Virus record (IMG/VR): IMGVR_UViG_3300036770_007539
Location: 1-64,000 of that record
DNA: 64,000 nucleotides
Direction: 5' to 3' (one strand)
The translations under genes and the position numbers were made by a program. This document shows, in pieces, positions 31,568 through 40,316 of this stretch (the stretch's first letter is position 1; the number at the start of each line of letters is the position of its first letter). The notes beneath the pieces are model-generated. The model ran no database searches and was not told the origin of the DNA. It was given only the letters and a program-made list of their open reading frames with translations.

Positions 31568-31650
31568 TTACGCGCGTAACGGGTGCGCGGGGGCGGGCGC
31601 GCGATATATATTTATAAATAATATATAATATATTATCCTATTTGGATAAC
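31568..31650. other. GC-rich repeat block next to a pure-AT tract in a long intergenic region; candidate origin or other cis site
   Basis: TTACGCGCGTAA palindrome, three YGCGCG at 31571/31584/31598, ~33-bp A/T-only tract. Confidence 0.4.
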
Positions 31651-31773
31651 TTTATTTCACTAACGTTCATAAAGTTATCGGGAAAATTTTTTTTCAATTT
31701 AAAAAATGTAGGCGACTATGCTACAAAATTAATATTCATTCTGTTTTTTAAACTATTTTTTTTGCATATAGTT

Positions 31774-32091
31774 ATGAAAACATTATCTGTGTTATTTCTC
31801 TTTTTAACCGGATGTATGGAAGTAAATAGCTGGGAGTCTCAAGAAGAGACAGAAGAAGACTCTTCTTTTGAAGAATCTCAATATTATGAAGATTTTGAAT
31901 TTGATGATTCTTATGAAAGAAATAATTGCCCAGTTTATTATCAAAAATTTGAATTTAAAAACAATCAATATGTAATTGAAATTCCTTCAGAATGTCATTT
32001 AAATTATTTTGAAACTGGTCGACCTACACCAGATAAACAATATAATCAAAATATTCTTTTAGAAAATTCAATTATTCATCAGGAATATTGA
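31774..32091 (+). CDS. Acidic lipoprotein (probable start 31774)
   Basis: MKTLSVLFLFLTGC lipobox; ATTTTTTTTGCAT-N6-ATG. Confidence 0.65.
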   Translation: MKTLSVLFLFLTGCMEVNSWESQEETEEDSSFEESQYYEDFEFDDSYERNNCPVYYQKFEFKNNQYVIEIPSECHLNYFETGRPTPDKQYNQNILLENSIIHQEY

Positions 32092-32351
32092 TGAATAATT
32101 CTTGGTTAAATTATGGCTGGATTGATGATGATGAAGACGTAGAGAATATTCAAACCGCCGATACTTTACGACCAGAAGATTTAGAAAGATTATTAAAAGA
32201 AAAATCCAAAGATCCAAAAGAAGATGGAATTAATTGCAAAATTTGCAAAGATTGGTTTCATCTATCTGAACCCAACGAATCTGATGGAACATTTATTTGC
32301 AGAGAATGTCGAATAAGACCTTGGAGAAATTCTCCAATTAATAATGATTAA
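32088..32351 (+). CDS. Small zinc-ribbon protein
   Basis: CKIC...FICRECR, similar to the C-terminus of 20085-20504. Confidence 0.65.
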   Translation: MMNNSWLNYGWIDDDEDVENIQTADTLRPEDLERLLKEKSKDPKEDGINCKICKDWFHLSEPNESDGTFICRECRIRPWRNSPINND

Positions 32352-32371
32352 TTTGATATAGATATTGAAAT

Positions 32372-32459
32372 AGAAGGGTGCCAGAGTGGTCGATCGGGCT
32401 TGATTGGAAATCAAGTGTACGTGAATAGCGTACCGGGGGTTCGAATCCCCCCTCTTCTG
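32372..32459 (+). tRNA. tRNA-Ser (anticodon GGA)
   Basis: CTTGA-TTGGAAA-TCAAG anticodon arm, long variable arm GTACG..CGTAC, GGGGG-TTCGAAT-CCCCC, G73; CCA not encoded. Confidence 0.92.
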
Positions 32460-33287
32460 CTAATTTTTAAGTAAATTATTAATTGTTACTGCATCAACAA
32501 AGAATGACATATTTGGAACTGCCGGTCTAAAAAAAGAACATATTCCAATTAATTTCCCATCTATGTCAAAAGCTCCGCCTCCAGAGTTGCCCATATAAAT
32601 CGGAGCTGTAATATGAACTAATTTTTGTTGATATCCTGTGGGATTTATTTCAGTTCTAAAACCTGAAATAATTCCAGTAAAATATGTAAATTCAACTCTT
32701 GCAGGATGCCCAACAATATGAACTTTTTCACCAATTTTTCCATTAGATCCAGATACTTCAACAAAACTATCTGAGCTGTAATCTAATGTTTTTAAAATCA
32801 TAATATCGTTATTATTGTCAAATTTTATTATTTTTGCTTTTTTAGTTGGTGGATTTTCTAAATTATAAGAATTTGATATTTCACCAAAAGTTTTAAATGA
32901 AACTTCTAACCCAAGCATATCATCAAGGTTAGGAGTGTAACTTAATGCTTTAATTATTTTAATTAAATCTTCTAATGTTTTTTCTTCTTTTTTAATAATT
33001 TCTTCGCTAATTTTAGCATCTTCTGGTTCTGGAATTAAGCTTTCTCCACAGTGCCTTGCGCTAATAATTATTTCTGGAGAAATAAAAACTCCTCCACAAA
33101 AAGTAGAATATTTTTTATTTTCTTCTGACGGGCGTAAAAACGCAACAGAGCTATTCTCTAATTTATAAACTAGATTTGTATTTTGCTGTTGCTCTATAGA
33201 TGCAACTTTTACATGCGACGGAATTGAACAACAACCAAGTAAGAAAAACAAACAAAAAAGAAAAGATATCTTGTTTTTCAAAGCCAC
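32460..33287 (-). CDS. Trypsin-like (S1) serine protease, probable lipoprotein
   Basis: Lipobox LLGC; CGGVFI, SARHC, NDIMIL, GNSGG; start may be TTG at 33281 after AGGAG. Confidence 0.85.
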   Translation of the reverse strand: MALKNKISFLFCLFFLLGCCSIPSHVKVASIEQQQNTNLVYKLENSSVAFLRPSEENKKYSTFCGGVFISPEIIISARHCGESLIPEPEDAKISEEIIKKEEKTLEDLIKIIKALSYTPNLDDMLGLEVSFKTFGEISNSYNLENPPTKKAKIIKFDNNNDIMILKTLDYSSDSFVEVSGSNGKIGEKVHIVGHPARVEFTYFTGIISGFRTEINPTGYQQKLVHITAPIYMGNSGGGAFDIDGKLIGICSFFRPAVPNMSFFVDAVTINNLLKN

Positions 33288-33417
33288 TCCTATGTTCGTC
33301 GCTTACACGCCTAATGATATACGTTATATATGCTTATATTCTTTGTGCAGTATCAAAAATAGTAAAAATATGTAAGTTGATGTATTACAAAAAAAGCATA
33401 TAATTTAGCATATGAAT

Positions 33418-33738
33418 ATGGAGATCGTATATCAAACAGAGTTTGAAACTTTAGCAACAGATATCGCTTCAATTTACAATCTGTTATACGACACTCCTAA
33501 TTATTATAAATCTTCTCATGTTCAAATTTTAATATCTTTATCAGACTATGGAGATGGATTTCATAGATTAATTAGTCGAGCCTGTATCAAAAACCCTCAA
33601 GAAGAAATCTATGACATGGTTGTAGATATTCAAGGTCAACCCATTGACGCGCTAAGAAAAATGCACGAAGATCTATTAAACCTTTTAGAGGAAGAGCTTC
33701 CTGACGAAGCTAAAAGAAGACAGTATCGTTACAATTAA
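33418..33738 (+). CDS. Hypothetical protein, leaderless-type start
   Basis: TATAATTTAGCAT-N6-ATG(33418). Confidence 0.6.
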   Translation: MEIVYQTEFETLATDIASIYNLLYDTPNYYKSSHVQILISLSDYGDGFHRLISRACIKNPQEEIYDMVVDIQGQPIDALRKMHEDLLNLLEEELPDEAKRRQYRYN

Positions 33739-33798
33739 TGATTTTTCAAATTATTATTTTAATAATTCAAATTATTTGTTTAATTAAAGGAAAAGAAT

Positions 33799-34827
33799 AT
33801 GATTAAGACCGATGTAGTTACCGATCTGCTATGGGGAGATAATGGTAAAGGAAAAATTACTCATTCGCTAATGAAAAATAATAAATATGATTATTGTCTG
33901 AAATTAGCAGGTTCTGCTAACGCAGGACATACCATTTATCATAATGGTGATAAATTTGTCACTCATTTGCTTCCAGCTGGAATATTTTTTAATATTCCCT
34001 CGATTATTGGCAGAAACTGCTTGGTTCATCCAGAAACTTTGTTTGCAGAAATTGAACAGCTGCAAAATCAATTTAATAAACATGAAGATCTGAAATCTAT
34101 TGATATTCAATCTTTAGTGAAGATTGATAAAAATACTTGTATTATTACAGACGATCATATTTACGAAGATTCTAAAGATACTATTATTGGATCAACTAAA
34201 CGTGGGGTCGGTCCTGCTGCTCGTGATAAATATGCTAGAACGGCAGTTCAAGTTCAAAATGTTGATTCATTAAAGGGATTCGTTGTAGATTTTCCAGAAA
34301 TAATCTATCAAGAACAAAATGCTTCTATCCTCGGAGAAGGAGCTCAAGGTTTTTATTTGGATGTTAATTTTGGTGATTATCCTTATGTAACTAGCACTCA
34401 CTGCTCTTTAGCAGCTGTTCCGTTGAGCGGAATTCCAATTCGATCAATTGACCGAATTTTTGGAGCAATTAAAATTTATGCTACTTATGTTGGAAAAAAA
34501 TCCTTTCAAGGAGAAGATTCTAGATTCGACATGATTGCTGAGGCAGGGTCTGAGTTTGGTTCTACTACTGGAAGAAAAAGACAAGTCAACTGGTTAGACT
34601 TAGACAAGTTAATTTATGCTATTAAGGCTAATGATGTAACTGATTTGATTATTTCTAAAATTGATATTTTTAGAAAATTAAATATCTTTGTCTTAGTTAA
34701 AGATAATAAAATCATTGAGTTTAATAACGAAAAAAATATGAAAACATACATTCATGATGTCTTGTACGATTCAAGATGTAATTCCATTAAGAATATAGTG
34801 TTTTCAGAATCTCCACATGACATCTGA
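33799..34827 (+). CDS. purA: Adenylosuccinate synthetase (short form)
   Basis: WGDNGKGK, NAGHT, IGSTKRGVGP, GEGAQG, YPYVTS, EFGSTTGRKR, SKID. Confidence 0.9.
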   Translation: MIKTDVVTDLLWGDNGKGKITHSLMKNNKYDYCLKLAGSANAGHTIYHNGDKFVTHLLPAGIFFNIPSIIGRNCLVHPETLFAEIEQLQNQFNKHEDLKSIDIQSLVKIDKNTCIITDDHIYEDSKDTIIGSTKRGVGPAARDKYARTAVQVQNVDSLKGFVVDFPEIIYQEQNASILGEGAQGFYLDVNFGDYPYVTSTHCSLAAVPLSGIPIRSIDRIFGAIKIYATYVGKKSFQGEDSRFDMIAEAGSEFGSTTGRKRQVNWLDLDKLIYAIKANDVTDLIISKIDIFRKLNIFVLVKDNKIIEFNNEKNMKTYIHDVLYDSRCNSIKNIVFSESPHDI

Positions 34828-34841
34828 CAAGGTAACGATCT

Positions 34842-34882
34842 GCAATAACCCTGCTTGACATTGTTTCTTTCGGGGTTATTGT
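34842..34882 (+). promoter_or_regulatory. Sigma70 promoter enclosed in an inverted repeat
   Basis: GCAATAACCCTG...CGGGGTTATTGT stem; TTGACA(34855)-N16-TATTGT. Confidence 0.7.
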
Positions 34883-34928
34883 ATGGGGGATGCCTCTAGG
34901 TGGGGCTAGTTGTTTAGAGAGGAAAAAA

Positions 34929-37106
34929 ATGTCAAAGCTAATTGTTCAAAAAGTTCAGACTCAGACGGACGGATCAATTAAGGATCACCAATATGGGATT
35001 GGTGATGTGGGTCTTGTTTTGGAAATTCTTCGAAATAAGCTTTATAAAGATCCTATTCTCGCTGTAGTTCGTGAGTATATCACCAATGCTCGTGATGCTC
35101 ATGTGGAAGTAGGAAAAGCAGATGTTCCAATTGTGGTTCATTTGCCTTCTTATGAATCCATGTATTTCAAAGTCCAAGATTTCGGTCCTGGTCTTTCACC
35201 TGAGCGAATTGAAAAGATTTTTTGCAATTATGCATCTTCTACTAAGCGCAATTCTGAAGACCAAGTAGGTTATTTCGGAATTGGCAGCAAGAGTGCATTT
35301 GCTTATTCTGACTCTTTTACCATTACATCAGTGGTAGATGGTAAGATTCGAACTTATTCATCTTATATTGATGAGTCTCGGCGTGGCAAGATTTCTTGTC
35401 TTTATGAAGCTGATACCGATCAGCCCAATGGAACAACTATTATTATTCCTGTAAAAAAATACGACCAAGATCGTTTTCTAGACAAGCTTCGATTTATTAC
35501 GGAATTTTGGAGTGTTCGTCCCAGCGTTTTTAAGGATGATTCGGAGTTTAAGATTTCATATGTAAATGAAAAGACGGTTTTTTCTGGCGATAATTGGAAA
35601 CTTGCTCGCAATCCCGATTATGATTTTCGAGGAACCTATGCAATCATGGGCGGAATTCCCTATGCTATTGATATGAATACTCATTTCGAGTCGCATCCTG
35701 CCCGTAATTTCTTCAATTATTCTTGCGTCCGAATTAATTTTAATAATTCTGATCTTAGCCTTGCCGCTTCTAGAGATTCACTTCACTATGATGCTAGAAC
35801 GATCAGGAACATTAATGATAAGCTTGATTCAATCATCAGCGAAATTAACATCAGGATTTCGGAGCAAATCTCACAGGAACCATCTTATAAAGATGCCCTC
35901 ATCAAATACAATGAAGCCTTGGACGCATTTCCTGAACTAAATAGAATCATTGGAAATGTAATCTACGATTCAAAACCAGTTCATAGGAATCCCAAGATTT
36001 CTATGTTTGGGAACAATTCTAGACTTACTTGGTATTCAAAAGTTGTAATGTCCAATGGCTTCAAAGACATTAAAGTCAAAACTGTTAATTATAAAAATCC
36101 AGGCGCAGACGCAGATTTTGCTAATATCTTGTCTAGAAAAGATACGGTAATCATTTTTAATGACCTAGCCGTTACTGACCTGAAAAAGTATGCAACAACA
36201 TTGTTCAATGATTCTAACGCATTGAACAATGTTGTTGTCCTGAGCATCGCAGAAACCAAAGATGATGTATCTAAGCACAAACATCTTTGGTTTGCAGAAG
36301 ATATTTGCTATGCAAAAATCTCAGAAATTACTCCAGGCAAGACGGTTCGACAAAGCAATCGCAGGTCTCTAACTCATAAACAAAATCTATTTCTTTATAG
36401 CTTTGATCCCTCATCTTCCAGGGTAGATTGTGGTCGTCATCTTGTGGAAGTTTCTCCAAATGAAACAATTGCATATTTTCTTTATGACCTAAAGACAAAT
36501 GCGCCTGTTAATCTAAGCAAAAATATTCTATCTTGTATTAAAAGTCTTGAATCCGCTTTGGGAATGAGGGTTTTTGCAGTGGCGACATCAAAGTCTGAAA
36601 AGATTCCATCAAATTGGAAATATATTGATGATGTTGTGACTGAGAAATTCAATTCCATCATGGAGCAATACGGTCTTTCTTCCCTTCAAGATTACTTGAA
36701 TTGCATGGCTATTAGGGAAAAAGTAGAACATTACAATGTTAATATCTTTAAGTCTCTTTTTAAAGACCAAATGAATAATAATAATTTTATTTCCTCATAC
36801 CTGAATAAGGTTCAATTTGCCCAAGACAAGTTCTCTTATGTCTGGGATAATTGCAATCTTAAAACTTTGGCAAAGCATATTAATAAATACCATTACCTTG
36901 AAACGGCTTCTATTCCAGCCTCAGAGGATTATGACTTTAATATTTTTTTCAATTCAGCAATTCAACAATATCCTATGCTTAAATTCTGTCCAGTAAGTTC
37001 ATATACTTCTGAAAAAGACATTAAAAGCGTCAATGATTACATTGAAATGGTCGATCGTCTTAACAAAGACGCGCATGTGTGTATTCATATGCCTTTGTGC
37101 GCTTGA
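34929..37106 (+). CDS. rIIA: rIIA-like protein (GHKL ATPase N-terminus; probable start 34929)
   Basis: LYKDPILAVVREYITNARDAH, VQDFGPGL, ASSTKR, GYFGIGSKSAFAY, GTTIII, SRDSL.Y; followed by rIIB. Confidence 0.9.
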   Translation: MSKLIVQKVQTQTDGSIKDHQYGIGDVGLVLEILRNKLYKDPILAVVREYITNARDAHVEVGKADVPIVVHLPSYESMYFKVQDFGPGLSPERIEKIFCNYASSTKRNSEDQVGYFGIGSKSAFAYSDSFTITSVVDGKIRTYSSYIDESRRGKISCLYEADTDQPNGTTIIIPVKKYDQDRFLDKLRFITEFWSVRPSVFKDDSEFKISYVNEKTVFSGDNWKLARNPDYDFRGTYAIMGGIPYAIDMNTHFESHPARNFFNYSCVRINFNNSDLSLAASRDSLHYDARTIRNINDKLDSIISEINIRISEQISQEPSYKDALIKYNEALDAFPELNRIIGNVIYDSKPVHRNPKISMFGNNSRLTWYSKVVMSNGFKDIKVKTVNYKNPGADADFANILSRKDTVIIFNDLAVTDLKKYATTLFNDSNALNNVVVLSIAETKDDVSKHKHLWFAEDICYAKISEITPGKTVRQSNRRSLTHKQNLFLYSFDPSSSRVDCGRHLVEVSPNETIAYFLYDLKTNAPVNLSKNILSCIKSLESALGMRVFAVATSKSEKIPSNWKYIDDVVTEKFNSIMEQYGLSSLQDYLNCMAIREKVEHYNVNIFKSLFKDQMNNNNFISSYLNKVQFAQDKFSYVWDNCNLKTLAKHINKYHYLETASIPASEDYDFNIFFNSAIQQYPMLKFCPVSSYTSEKDIKSVNDYIEMVDRLNKDAHVCIHMPLCA

Positions 37107-37132
37107 CATGTTATTATTCTGAGTTATATATT
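37103..37132 (+). promoter_or_regulatory. Possible sigma70 promoter for rIIB
   Basis: TTGACA with TATATA/TATATT at N16/N18. Confidence 0.5.
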
Positions 37133-37168
37133 CACTGTTGGGTTCCAAAAAAACAAGGAGTTTACTAT

Positions 37169-38053
37169 ATGAAAATGCCATACACAATTACAAACAATTC
37201 TGTTACACTCGTTCGCAACGGTATGCCAGTTACTGTTTTGCGAGAGCATCCTTCTTTTGATTTTATTCTTGAAGCCATTAAAGCAGATGATTGGAATCAG
37301 GTAATTGATGCACTTGATCGCAAAACAACTGTAAAAGTTATTACAGAAGGAGAAATGGAAGAGAGGAATGGAAGCCTTTTTGTAAAGCTTGATAATGATT
37401 CTTGGTGGCAAGTTCCTGTCGACCTTGGCAAACACATTCTTGATTTTTATTATAAGAAGCTTCCGTATCAGCCCTGGGTAGCTTTTGCCAAAAAGCTTCA
37501 ACAAAATCCATCATATCGATCAGTTCAAGAACTTTTTCGATTCTTGAATGCAAATCAATTTACGCTTTCTGATAATGGCAACTTTATTGCCTATAAAAGG
37601 GTAAAAGAAGACTTTAAAGACATCCATTCTGGAACATTTGATAATTCTGTTGGTACTACAGTTTCAATGTCCAGAAACGAGGTTGATGAAGACTCTGATA
37701 GAACTTGCTCTAATGGATTGCATGTAGCTGCGTTTGATTATGCTTGCAACCATTTTGGAAGCAGCAATAACACTACGGATAAGCTTCTTTATGTGGAAGT
37801 AAATCCCAAAGATGTAGTTGCAGTTCCCAAAGATTATAATAACCAGAAAATGAGGGTATGCGAATACACGGTGCTTGGAGTTTGTGATTATGAATTCAAG
37901 GCTCCACTATATTCTCACTCTGATGGTTTTTATGATCCGTCGGAAAGGTATAATGAGGAATATGAAGATTGGGGATCATATCACAGTGAATGCGAAGAAT
38001 GTGATGGATGCGATGAGTGCGATGATTGTGATGATTGTGACTGTCAGTATTGA
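37169..38053 (+). CDS. rIIB: rIIB-like protein (probable start 37169) with Cys/acidic C-terminal tail
   Basis: NPSYRSVQELFRFL, GNFIAYKRV, TCSNGLHV, VNPKDVVAVPKDYNNQKMRVCEY; SD AAGGAG. Confidence 0.9.
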   Translation: MKMPYTITNNSVTLVRNGMPVTVLREHPSFDFILEAIKADDWNQVIDALDRKTTVKVITEGEMEERNGSLFVKLDNDSWWQVPVDLGKHILDFYYKKLPYQPWVAFAKKLQQNPSYRSVQELFRFLNANQFTLSDNGNFIAYKRVKEDFKDIHSGTFDNSVGTTVSMSRNEVDEDSDRTCSNGLHVAAFDYACNHFGSSNNTTDKLLYVEVNPKDVVAVPKDYNNQKMRVCEYTVLGVCDYEFKAPLYSHSDGFYDPSERYNEEYEDWGSYHSECEECDGCDECDDCDDCDCQY

Positions 38054-38075
38054 TCGAGGGTTTTAAGGTCTAACT

Positions 38076-38522
38076 ATGAAAAAAATTTCAGCCTCTTTAG
38101 CTGTGGCATTTATTGGAATGATGGGATTGTTGCCATCTGTGGAGTCTAAGGAGATTCCATGTCCCGAATGGAGACCGACTGGAGAATTGAAGAAAATTCC
38201 GTTCTATTATGATTGCTCTATGACAAATGGCGATATTGGAGTAGCTAGGAGTGATGGAATTTATTGGTGTAAAGAGGTTGAGGATAGGGTGGAAAGAAAA
38301 TTTCCAGGAGCTTCTCACTTTTATTTTGTACATGAGTATGGTCATTACGTAAAAGGATCGGACGAGGGCGAGACAGATTGCTGGGCTGCCCAACAGTTAG
38401 CAGGAACTTGTTATATTAATATCGCCGTTAATCATCTCATGACTTACGCAGACGAGTATAAGCCCAGGCACGGATATATGCGTGACCGTGCCATTCGCAT
38501 CAGAAAATGCGCAGGACAATAG
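38076..38522 (+). CDS. Secreted HExxH zinc metallopeptidase-like protein
   Basis: Signal peptide; HEYGH...EGETDCWA. Confidence 0.65.
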   Translation: MKKISASLAVAFIGMMGLLPSVESKEIPCPEWRPTGELKKIPFYYDCSMTNGDIGVARSDGIYWCKEVEDRVERKFPGASHFYFVHEYGHYVKGSDEGETDCWAAQQLAGTCYINIAVNHLMTYADEYKPRHGYMRDRAIRIRKCAGQ

Positions 38523-38529
38523 GAAATTT

Positions 38530-38901
38530 ATGTTTAAATGTTTGAACAGATCTGTTGTAAAAAAAATATCAAAATGGTCAAAGCCATGTGAAGCAGTTTT
38601 TGAATTTCTTTCCTTGGAAGATCCAAAATCTCTTGCAAAGATTATCCAAGAAGAACCTTTGGAAGCATCAGATCTAACTTTTGCAGCTGAGCATATGGGC
38701 AATTGTGAAGATACTGCTCTTGTAAAGAAAACATTGATTCCGCTCTTGAATCATAATGAAGCTGTAGTAAGAGAAGGAGCGATCTATGGGCTAGCAAATC
38801 ATTTAGATTCGGTTGTAAAATATAAATTATTTAAGATTTCTAAGATTGACAAATCTACGGCTGTCAGAGAAGCTGCATCTAATATTGTTTTTAGAAAATA
38901 A
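38530..38901 (+). CDS. HEAT-repeat protein
   Basis: LIPLLNHNEAVVREGAIYGL and DKSTAVREAA repeats. Confidence 0.7.
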   Translation: MFKCLNRSVVKKISKWSKPCEAVFEFLSLEDPKSLAKIIQEEPLEASDLTFAAEHMGNCEDTALVKKTLIPLLNHNEAVVREGAIYGLANHLDSVVKYKLFKISKIDKSTAVREAASNIVFRK

Positions 38902-38994
38902 AACAGGTAATAATTAGATATATATTTTACAAAGAAAATTATTTATCCGTTAAAAATTTTTAAATATTCGGGTAAATATAATATTAAAACGATA

Positions 38995-39041
38995 TATCAC
39001 TTGCAAAAAGTAATGTTTTGTGTTACTTTCTGCAAGTGATA
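38995..39041. promoter_or_regulatory. Long inverted repeat containing a sigma70-like promoter upstream of tRNA-Thr
   Basis: TATCACTTGCAaAAAGTAA...TTACTTTcTGCAAGTGATA; TTGCAA-N17-TACTTT with a TG extension. Confidence 0.6.
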
Positions 39042-39052
39042 CATCACTATTT

Positions 39053-39125
39053 GTCGTTTTAGCTCAGCTAGCAGAGCACCTCATTGGTAATGAGGAGGTC
39101 ATGGGTGCAACTCCCATAAACGGCT
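39053..39125 (+). tRNA. tRNA-Thr (anticodon GGT), non-canonical D and T loops
   Basis: GTCGTTT/AAACGGC acceptor stem, CCTCA-TTGGTAA-TGAGG, T loop TGCAACT, D loop AGCTAGCA. Confidence 0.85.
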
Positions 39126-39877
39126 CAAAGTTCTAGTTCTTCTTCTAGTTTCATTAAAACTAGCCTAGACATTCCAAGATTGCTTTTTTCTTTGTCTAGA
39201 ACGACATAGATAAATAGATTATCTTGTTTTAATACGAAGGTAACTATGTGATAGTTGTTATTTAAGTTAATAACAATATCTTCAATTTTATCTTTAATGT
39301 TTAAGTTAGTTAAGAACTTCTTGTGAGATTTAACTACTTCAACCATGTAAGCGCAATATAATTCAAATTCAGAGGATTTATCTGAGTTTTGAATTATAGG
39401 CATTCCAGTTGTTATGTCTACAATGGAAGCGGCTAGTACGCCATCAAGCTCCATAATGGTGTTAAATTTTTCTTTTATGCTTTTAAAATAAGAAGAGCTT
39501 GGTTTTCTTGATGTAGAGCCTGATGAAGATTGTTCAGCTTCTGGCTCTAAGGCATAATTTTTAATTTTTCCCTCATCTAACAAGACGTAATATTCTAGAA
39601 TAAGTTCGGTCCATAATTTGTTAATTGACTCTACTTCTGGTAAAACATTGGGAGAAACTTTAAAAGTTCCATCCTCCCAAGTTAACATTTCATAAAAAGC
39701 ATCAATTCCAAAATTATTGGTAGTGGTAGCGTGAAGAACTCTTCCAGTAGAAACCCAAACTTCACCAGAAAATTTCTTATGAGTTATAGTTATATGAGCA
39801 GATGCTTGACTTAGTATGTAGAATTGAATTATATCTACCAGTGTCTCGGTAGAAATCTCGCCTTGAAATTTATTCAT
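39125..39877 (-). CDS. DUF4388 (PatA_N-like) domain fused to a roadblock/LC7-like domain
   Basis: FQGEI...LVDIIQ...GEVWVSTGRVLHA...AFYEMLTWEDGTF; C-terminal LDGVLAASIVDITTGM...IEDIVI...LFIYVVLDKEKSNLGMSRL. Confidence 0.8.
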   Translation of the reverse strand: MNKFQGEISTETLVDIIQFYILSQASAHITITHKKFSGEVWVSTGRVLHATTTNNFGIDAFYEMLTWEDGTFKVSPNVLPEVESINKLWTELILEYYVLLDEGKIKNYALEPEAEQSSSGSTSRKPSSSYFKSIKEKFNTIMELDGVLAASIVDITTGMPIIQNSDKSSEFELYCAYMVEVVKSHKKFLTNLNIKDKIEDIVINLNNNYHIVTFVLKQDNLFIYVVLDKEKSNLGMSRLVLMKLEEELEL

Positions 39878-40316
39878 TTTAGCCTTGTTAAGAGTGATTT
39901 CCGCAACTTACTCTTACTATAATATGTAATTTTATTCGGAGAAATTTATGAACAATAATTATCAAATCGTTAAAAATGAAGTAGTTAATGCATACTCTGA
40001 TTGCAATGAAATCAGTAATTCTTCAAGAAACTTAGATTTTTTAGCCTCTAGACCTGTTTCGGTAAAAGAAGCTGAGGAAATTATGTCTCTTGCCGTTGAA
40101 GGGGGGTATAATAATTTTTCATCAGAGCTAATTTCCTTGCTCCCTCAAGATGCTAAAGTTTGGATTGCAAGAGAAGGGAGCGTCTGTGTTTACTTAGATA
40201 AACCATTAGATGAAGAAGCTTTAAGCGAATTAGGATGCGATGAATACGATCAGGTATCATCGGACAATGATACCGCTTGTGGAAATTACCGAATCTGGTG
40301 GGATTGAGGAGCAAAT

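Noticed and set aside
33799-34827. PurZ (2-aminoadenine, Z-genome) synthetase
   Set aside because: The catalytic Asp is retained (WGDNGKGK rather than the PurZ GSxGKG) and a GTP-type KxD (SKID) is present, so ordinary PurA is more likely
30413-39125. tRNA genes as prophage attachment sites
   Set aside because: No duplicated tRNA 3' ends, no integrase and no switch to host-like sequence
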